Part shown: in pieces, positions 25,039 through 34,400 of the stretch
Numbering within the stretch: position 1 is the stretch's first letter
Layout: each line of letters begins with the position of its first letter
Assembly: GCA_044892525.1 (NCBI GenBank)
Contig: CM097888.1
Span: 46,190,001 to 46,254,000 of the forward strand
DNA from: Schmidtea polychroa
Taxonomy: Eukaryota
Length of the DNA: 64,000 nucleotides
Reading direction: 5' to 3'
Program-made: the position numbers and the translations under genes
The notes under the pieces: generated by a model
What the model was told of the DNA's origin: nothing
What the model saw: the letters and a program-made list of their open reading frames with translations, nothing else
Databases searched by the model: none

Positions 25039-27090
25039 TAAGGTGACCAACTATTTTTTGTTCAAAAAGAGTACACTTTGCAAGTATTTCGTAGGTGAAA
25101 AAAAGAAGAAAAACCGATAAAAACTTTATTTTCTTTTTAAAACATATTTTCTTAGGAGTGGATTTTTTTGCTAAATGTTCGTCTAATAATGTAGCCACAT
25201 CCTAACAACTTTCGTTTTGCATATTAAATTTGACCGTTAAGACGGCAGATAATGTTTTTACAGAAAGTTGCGACTTCTCACTGCTCCAATAATCATTCCC
25301 TAGTGAAAATACCCTTTCAACAGCAGCATTAGTGCCTGGACAACATAAGGAAATTTCTATTAAAACTTTTAAATTTCCATGTGGGATATTTTCTACTCTA
25401 AAATGCCAAAAGATTTCTACCCATATTTTGTCAAGTTCTATTTTCTCATCGTTCCATTTCTTCAATTTTTCTTCATTTAAATATAAATTTACTCTTCGAA
25501 TTTCTTCAAAGGGAAAATTGTCATTGATAACAATATCTTTTACTTCCTTCATTACAAATTCGACTGCTGAAGAAACTTCTTTCAATTCAATTTTACTATT
25601 TAGAAGGGTCCATTTGAAACTATTTAATGCTCTAAAGTTCACTATCATTCTTCGATATAGTAATAGCAAATTTTATAAAAAATTTTAACTTTTAAAAATT
25701 CATTTTTTATTCCGGGATTGGAATCTTCCAAAACGGTCAGTTTATCCTTTAGAATTAGTGGTAAAAATCCATCATTAAATTTTGATTTCATTGCAATATG
25801 AAATCGTTTAATATAATACAAACTTCTGCTGCTGAAATTTTATCTCCTTCAATTTGTAGAGTAATTTTATGAAATAACGACGCCTGACTGAATAAAATAA
25901 AGCATAGGTTCTGACATATCGTTTTGAAAGAATTTCTTCAAAATGGTAGGACATTTGTCAAGGCTTAAAAAATATGAAAGTAGTGGATCATATGCTGTAT
26001 TGATGACATTTGATATAATGTGAGCATTATAACCAATTTCCAAAATATTTCGTTTCAGAAGATCTTGTAATTTTGTGTACACATTATTGACACCTTTACG
26101 GGTGCGTCCTCCAAAATTAGTATTTGTGTTATCAGCCGAGAGCACCAAATTTTTTTTATTTAAATGCTTGTCTGTTATAACTCGAAATAAGTGATTAGAC
26201 AAAATGTCTGATGTTAGCCCTTCGATTGATTCTAAATTTAAAATCTTAATTTGAATACCGTTCTTAATATCGAAATACCTTACTAAAATTGGATAAAGTT
26301 TTATTTCAATGTGATTCGATGTATCTGATAGAATAGATATATATGATGCAGAATCCAGATTTTCTGATAGCATTTTCTCGAAGTATTCATTAAATACATT
26401 GGTTACGATAGACTCACATTTTGTTCGCGCACAAGAAAATTTTTTTAATAATTTAGTAGTACAAGCCATGCTGCGAAAACTTTGATTATGGATTATTGTG
26501 TGAAAAGCTAAAGTACCTTCCATAACTGCCAATTTTTTTCATTAGTTCCAAAAGTATTCCCTTTAAAAAATGCTGTCAGTCTGGAAGTTGATGCTGCTGC
26601 GTCATGAGACGTTTTATGTACTTTAGTTTCAATGTGTGCCATTATTGCATTACGTCCATGAATTGTAATTGAAAATTTCATATTGCAGATTGTGCATTTA
26701 ACCAAGGAGTCATGATTTCCATTTCTAACTACAATGAACGGAAACTCTTTTTAAATTTTCGTTTAAACGATTTTCACTTCTTTTTTTATCGCTCATATTT
26801 GAATTAATAATCTAAAAATTATATTGGTAATATATTTTTTATTTTGATTTTAAATAAATATTATAATCTGATATTATTTAAGTAAAATGAAAATTAAACT
26901 ATAAAAAATGAAATCACTGTCAAAATAATTTTAAATATTTAATTAATAAAATTGAAATAAAATAATCTAAATACAAATGAGTATAAAATTATACAAATGA
27001 GTACTTTCAGAGTACAGGATTTGAAAATAGTACGGTTTGCGAAAAAAGAGTACAAAACTTAGTAAATTAGTATAGTTGGTTGTCACCTTA
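25039..27090 (-). mobile_element. Decayed hAT DNA transposon
   Basis: TIRs TAAGGTGAC(C)AACTA; 7-bp direct repeat GTAAATC on both flanks; BED finger (CTIC...HIETKVH), catalytic fragments and dimerisation motif CCPGTNAAVERVFS. Confidence 0.87.
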
Positions 27091-27793
27091 GTAAATCGCA
27101 TTGTATTATGGTACCACAAGGGTAATCAATTTTATGAACAATAAAATTACGTGGATAAGTAAATGTGAAGTGTTTTTTATCAATGTTTTCTTAATTTTAA
27201 TGGGATTCTATTAATTCTCTTCTCTCTACTTAATTGAATTTTTTACCAAATAAAAGCGCGGTTATATTATAGCAGTTAAAAATTATAGTTAATATAAAAG
27301 AACGCATAAAATAAAAATGATTTAGGTTTATAAAATCTTTTTATAGTACTTGCAGGTATAGAAATTAATATAAAATGTTCCAACCAAGCCATCTTCAACT
27401 TGAAAGTGATTGAAGACTGAAAATACAAAGTTGAGAAATACTATCAATATTATTCAACAATACCAACATTTCTGTAATTGTGAATAGTGCAAATTTTTCA
27501 CTATTTATTTTTATGAATTTTTCTTAAATATAAAAAGGTTTATATTTTCTTCTGTCTTACACGAGTTCTCTTTGTAATAAGACCTGAATTCTCATGTTCA
27601 GGAATATAATTACAATTGATTTCACAATTTCCAATCGAAGAACATAATTCAATACCGTTCTTACTTCTAAATTACATAACTATGTTGGACTCAAGATTCA
27701 AATATTGAAAATGCAATAGTACTATTATAACTTTGGCTAATTATTATTATGATTTAACTTGACATTATTTGTAATAGATTTTTCTATTTTAAG

Positions 27794-28004
27794 GTGAAAA
27801 TTTCATCGACAAATAAAGTACAAAACAAAATGACCATAAGCAAAAAAAGAATATCATCGTCTCCGATGTCACAATCAAGTAACAATGAATTATCCACAAT
27901 CACAAATACTTCGGATCTTTCATCTATTTTATGTTACGGTTCAGGACTAGCTAAGGCTCATTTATACACTTGGATGGACTTTTATATCGATGCTTCGAAA
28001 AATA
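27794..28004 (+). CDS. FLN: Filamin-like exon (hinge and start of repeat 24)
   Basis: Phase 0 acceptor; S/T-rich hinge, then SDLSSILCYGSGLAKAHLYTWMDFYIDASK. Confidence 0.85.
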
Positions 28005-28047
28005 GTATATAAATTTATATAATAAAATAATTACAAAGTTTGCTTAG

Positions 28048-28235
28048 AAATCAATCATTTGCTAGTTGGAATAATCGGTCCAAATGAACCTTGTGAGGAG
28101 ATTAGAATATTATATATAGAAAACAACAGATATTTAGTGTCATACAAGCCGAAAGAAAAAGGCAAACACATCATAATAATTAAGTGGGGTGAAACACACT
28201 TATGCTGTAGTCCAGTTGAAATAGATGTAGAATAA
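28048..28235 (+). CDS. FLN: Filamin-like terminal exon (repeat 24, dimerisation domain)
   Basis: Follows a 43-nt intron; NHLLVGIIGPNEPCEEIRI...YKPKEKGKHIIIIKWGETHLCCSPVEIDVE, stop TAA 28233-28235. Confidence 0.9.
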
Positions 28236-28404
28236 AAACAAGACACTTAATGATATAATATTCTGTAAACAGATTTATGTAAAACTATATAAATTGTTAA
28301 GACTAATATATAAATATTTAATAAAATCACAACAATACAACAAATAATAAATATTATAATCATTTGCAAACATCAAAAATAAATCATAATAAAACATCAA
28401 TTTT

Positions 28405-31400
28405 TTACATCTTCTTGCTTCTTGTTCTGGTTTGAACTCCTGAAAATTCTGAATTTCCTGTGTTTTTATTCTCAGTTAAAATATTAATACGGGACATTTT
28501 TATTGGAATTTCACTGTCATCGGGAATTTTTGATTGACCCCTCTTTTTCGGTATTGATTTTAAATTTACTGTCTCGCTATCACTCAATTTAGATTGATTT
28601 TCAATAATTTTCACTGCTGATCTGGTTTTTTTCTGTGCTCCATTTTTATTTATAATAACATTTTCTTTATCGTTAAAATTTTTTACGTTTTCTACAACAT
28701 GTATATTTCGAGTGCTTTTTTTACTTCTATTATCAATATCTTCTTGTATCGATTCAAATGTTACACTCTGTGCTGTGGAAGAGCTTTCAGAACTGGTGAT
28801 GATATTGGTTTCATTTGTTTTTTTCTTATAATTTCTTTTGATTACTGTAGGCGGCTTTTTGAATTCATCAAAATTGATATTTGATAAAAAAATATCCCCA
28901 GTTATTTCATCATTAGACAAAACATTATTCCCAATCGATTTCTTTTGTCGTCCTCTTTTATTTTTGGGAATAACAATTTCAGCTTTATTTATGTCACTTA
29001 TATTTTCATCGGTAATCGATTTTGAATTGTCGGATATATCGATATTTTTACGCGCACGAGTTGTACGTACCGGTAAAGAATTGACAATTTCATTTTGATT
29101 ACTATTTACTCTATTTTGTACAATCTCTTGATTCACCTTTTCATCCGCTTTCTCTTTGTATTCACCTCGTGTTTTTGGAATATATTGATTATTTTCAATA
29201 GGTTCAATGGTTTCTGTAGCACTTTCGATAATTGGTTTCTTTTGTCTGCCACGAGTTCTCTTTGTAATTACAACTGGATTCTCATCTTCCACAAGGTTAT
29301 TTTCATCTCCTTTTCCATTATTGATTTCACTTTCCAATGCACTTTGTGCATCCGCATTTTCATTGACTTGTTTCTTTTGTCTGCCACGAGTTCTCTTTGT
29401 AATAACAATTGGATTCTCATCTTCCACAAGGTTATTTTCATCTCCTTTTCCATTATTGATTTCACTTTCCAATGCACTTTGTGCATCCGCATTTTCATTG
29501 ACTTGTTTCTTTTGTCTGCCACGAGTGCCCTTTGTAATAACAATTGGATTCTCATTTTCCACAAGGTTATTTTCATCTCCTTTTCCATTATTGATTTCAC
29601 TTTCCAATGCACTTTGTGCATCCGCATTTTCATTGACTTGTTTCTTTTGTCTGCCACGAGTTCTCTTTGTAATAACAATTGGATTCTCTTCTTCCACAAG
29701 GTTATTTTCATCTCCTTTTCCATTATTGATTTCACTTTCCAATGCACTTTGTGCATCCGCATTTTCATTGACTTGTTTCTTTTGTCTGCCACGAGTGCCC
29801 TTTGTAATAACAATTGGATTCTCATTTTCCACAAGGTTATTTTCATCTCCTTTTCCATTATTGATTTCACTTTCCAATGTACTTTGTGCATCCGCATTTT
29901 CATTGACTTGTTTCTTTTGTCTGCCACGAGTTCTCTTTGTAATAACAATTGGATTCTCATTTTCCACAAGGTTATTTTCATCTCCTTTTCCATTATCGAT
30001 TTCACTTTCCAATGCACTTTGTGCATCCGCATTTTCATTGACTTGTTTCTTTTGTCTGCCGCGAGTTCTCTTTGTGATTACAACTGGATTCTCATGTTCA
30101 AGAATAGAATCACTATTTCCAATCGAAGAACATAAATCAATAATGATCTCACTTCTTAATGAGCTTATATCATTAACACTTTCATTCACTTGTTTCTTTG
30201 GACGACCTCGAGTTCTCTTTGTAATTGCCAGTGAACTTGTTTCTATGTCCTCATGAATCGATTCATTATTGATTTCACTATTTGCAATCGAAACCGAATA
30301 TTTGATTTCACTTTCCAATGCACTTTGCGCATCCACATTTTCATTGATTTGTTTCTTTGGTCTGCCGCGAGTTCTTTTTGAATTTTCGATAATTGATTTA
30401 TTCACTTCACTATTAGCAATTGATTGATTTGTTTCAATATTTCGATCGATTGGGTTTTTAGCATTTTTCCATCTACCACGAGTAGATTTGACTTGCTGTG
30501 ATTCCACTGGAATGACTTGGCCATAGTCGACTGCATTTTCATTATTTCCAGCAGATATTAACAATCTCTTTGGTGCTGGGAAATCTGATTGGTCGTCGTT
30601 TGGCCTCTTACTGCGAGGTGATTTTGTAGATATTTCCAAGGAATCTCCCGCTTTTTGATTATTATAATCTTGTTCCTCCACTGATATGATTGCTTCTGCA
30701 GTCATCGACTTTTGTGATATTTCTAATTGATTTTCTGAAGATTCCTCTGTTTCTTGAACTATTTCATCTTCTGATTGGATCATTACTGAAGCTATTGATT
30801 TCTTTGACTTTATGTCGCCCTTCGTTTTTATTGATACTTCCAATTGATTATCTACTAGATCAATTTCAACCTGATCCGCATCTGATTGGATCATTTCTGA
30901 TACTTCCAATTGATTTTCAACTTGATCCAATTCGGATTGCGTCATAACTGGATCTATTGATTTTTTCATTTTTTGTGATAATTCCAATTGATTTTCTGAA
31001 GACTCTTGGACTTCTTGATCAATATCGAATAACTTCTCTTCTGATTGAATCAAAACATGATCTACTGATTTCATTGACTTTCTGCTGCGTTTCGATTTTT
31101 GTGATATTTCCAATGGATTTTCTACTAAATCAATTTCAACTTGATCCTCATATGATTGGATCATTTCTGATACTTCCAAATGATTTTCTACTTGATCAAT
31201 TTCAACTTGATCCGCATCTGATTGGATCATTTTTGATACTTCCAATGGATTTTCTACTTGATTAATTTCAACTTGATCCGCATCTGATTGCAGGATTTCT
31301 GATACTCCCAATTCATTTTCTACGTGATAAATTTCATCGTGATCCTCTTCTATTTGGCTAGTTACGGGATCTATTGATTTTTTCGATTTTCTTCCCCGCG

Positions 31401-34400
31401 CCGATTTCTCTGATGACTCAAATTGGCTTTCTAATTGATCAATTTCATCTTGATCTTCCTCTGATTGGATCATTACTGGGCCCAATGATTTTTTCGATAT
31501 TCTGCCACGCTTCGATTTTTGCGATACTTCCAATTGATTTTCTATTTGATCCATTGATTCTTCGGCTTCTTGAGCCAATTCTAATAATTCCTCTTCTGAT
31601 TGATTCATTACTAGACCAATTGATTTTTTCGATTTTCTGCTGCCCTTCGACTTCTGTGATACTTCAAATTGATTTTCTACATAATCAATTCCATCTATTA
31701 ATTGATTTTCTATTTGATCAATTTCATCTTGTTCCTCTTCTAATTGGATCATTACTGGGCCAATTGATTTTTTCGACTTTCTCCCGCGCTTCGATTTTTG
31801 TGATACTTCCAATTGATTTTCTAAAGATTCCTCAGTTTCTTGATCAATTCCATCTATTAATTGATTTTCTATTTGATCAATTTCATCTTGTTCCTCTTTC
31901 GATTGGATCATTACTGGAGCCATTGATTTTTTCGATTTTCTTCCGCGCTTCGATTTCTGTGATATTTCCAATTGATTTTCTAAAGATTCCTCAGCTTCTT
32001 GATCAATTCCATCTATTAATTGATTTTCTATTTGATCAATTTCATCTTGTTCCTCTTCTAATTGGATCATTACTGGGCCAATTGATTTTTTCGATTTTCT
32101 CCCGCGCTTCGATTTTTGTGATACTTCCAATTGATTTTCTAAAGATTCCTCAGCTTCTTGATCAATTCCATCTATTAATTGATTTTCTATTTGATCAATT
32201 TCATCTTGTTCCTCTTTCGATTGGATCATTACTGGAGCCATTGATTTTTTCGATTTTCTTCCGCGCTTCGATTTCTGTGATATTTCCAATTGATTTTCTA
32301 AAGATTCCTCAGCTTCTTGATCAATTCCATCTATTAATTGATTTTCTATTTGATCAATTTCATCTTGTTCCTCTTCCGATTGGATCATTACTGGAGCCAT
32401 TGATTTTTTCGATTTTCTTCCGCGCTTCGATTTCTGTGATATTTCCAATTGATTTTCTAAAGATTCCTCAGCTTCTTGATCAATTCCATCTATTAATTGA
32501 TTTTCTATTTGATCAATTTCATCTTGTTCCTCTTCTAATTGGATCATTACTGGGCCAATTGATTTTTTCGACTTTCTCCCGCGCTTCGATTTTTGTGATA
32601 CTTCCAATTGATTTTCTAAAGATTCCTCAGTTTCTTGATCAATTCCATCTATTAATTGATTTTCTATTTGATCAATTTCATCTTGTTCCTCTTTCGATTG
32701 GATCATTACTGGAGCCATTGATTTTTTCGATTTTCTTCCGCGCTTCGATTTCTGTGATATTTCCAATTGATTTTCTAAAGATTCCTCAGCTTCTTGATCA
32801 ATTCCATCTATTAATTGATTTTCTATTTGATCAATTTCATCTTGTTCCTCTTCTAATTGGATCATTACTGGGCCAATTGATTTTTTCGATTTTCTCCCGC
32901 GCTTCGATTTTTGTGATACTTCCAATTGATTTTCTAAAGATTCCTCAGTTTCTTGATCAATTCCATCTATTAATTGATTTTCTATTTGATCAATTTCATC
33001 TTGTTCCTCTTTCGATTGGATCATTACTGGAGCCATTGATTTTTTCGATTTTCTTCCGCGCTTCGATTTCTGTGATATTTCCAATTGATTTTCTAAAGAT
33101 TCCTCAGCTTCTTGATCAATTCCATCTATTAATTGATTTTCTATTTGATCAATTTCATCTTGTTCCTCTTCCGATTGGATCATTACTGGAGCCATTGATT
33201 TTTTCGATTTTCTTCCGCGCTTCGATTTCTGTGATATTTCCAATTGATTTTCTAAAGATTCCTCAGCTTCTTGATCAATTCCATCTATTAATTGATTTTC
33301 TATTTGATCAATTTCATCTTGTTCCTCTTCCGATTGGATCATTACTGGAGCCATTGATTTTTTCGATTTTCTTCCGCGCTTCGATTTCTGTGATATTTCC
33401 AATTGATTTTCTAAAGATTCCTCAGCTTCTTGATCAATTTCATCTTGTTCGTCTTCTGATTGAATCATTACTTGAGCCATGGATTCTTTCGACTTTCTAC
33501 CGCGCTTCGATTTTTGTGATACTTCCAATTTATTATCTACATCAATTTCATCTTGATCATCTTCAGATTGGATCATAACTAAAGCCATTGATTTTTTCGA
33601 CTTTCTGCCGCGCTTCGATTTCCGTGATACTTCCAATTGAATTTCTGAATATTCCTCAGCTTCTTGATCAATTTCGAACAATTCCTCTTCTGATTGGATC
33701 ATTACTGGGCCTATTGAAATTTTCGATTTTCTTCCACGCTTCGATTTCTGTGATACTTCCAATTGATTTTCTACTTCGACAATTTCATCTTGTTCGTCTT
33801 CTGATTGGATCATTACTGGAGCTATCGATTTTTTCGATTTTCGTCCGCGCTTCGTTTTCTGTGATACTTCCAATTGATTTTCTACTTCGACAATTTCATC
33901 TTGTTCGTCTTCTGATTGGATCATTACTGGAGCTATTGATTTTTTCGACTTTCTGCCGCGCTTCGTTTTCTGTGATACTTCCAATTGATTTTCTACTTCG
34001 ACAATTTCATCTTGTTCGTCTTCTGATTCCATCATTACTGGAGCTAAATATTTTTTCGATTTTCGTCCGCGCTTCGTTTTCTGTGATACTTCCAATTGAT
34101 TTTCTACTTCGACAATTTCATCTTGTTCGTCTTCTGATTGGATCATTACTGGAGCTATTGATTTTTTCGATTTTCTTCCGCGCTTCGATTTCTGTGATAT
34201 TTCTAATTGATTTTCTGATGATTCCTCAGGTTCTTGCTCCATTTCGAACAATTCCTCTTCTGATTGGATCATTACTGGAGCTATTGATTTTTTCGATTTT
34301 CTTCCGCGCTTCGATTTCTGTGATATTTCTAATTGATTTTCTGACGATTCCTCAGGTTCTTGCTCCATTTCGAACAATTCCTCTTCTGATTGGATCATTA

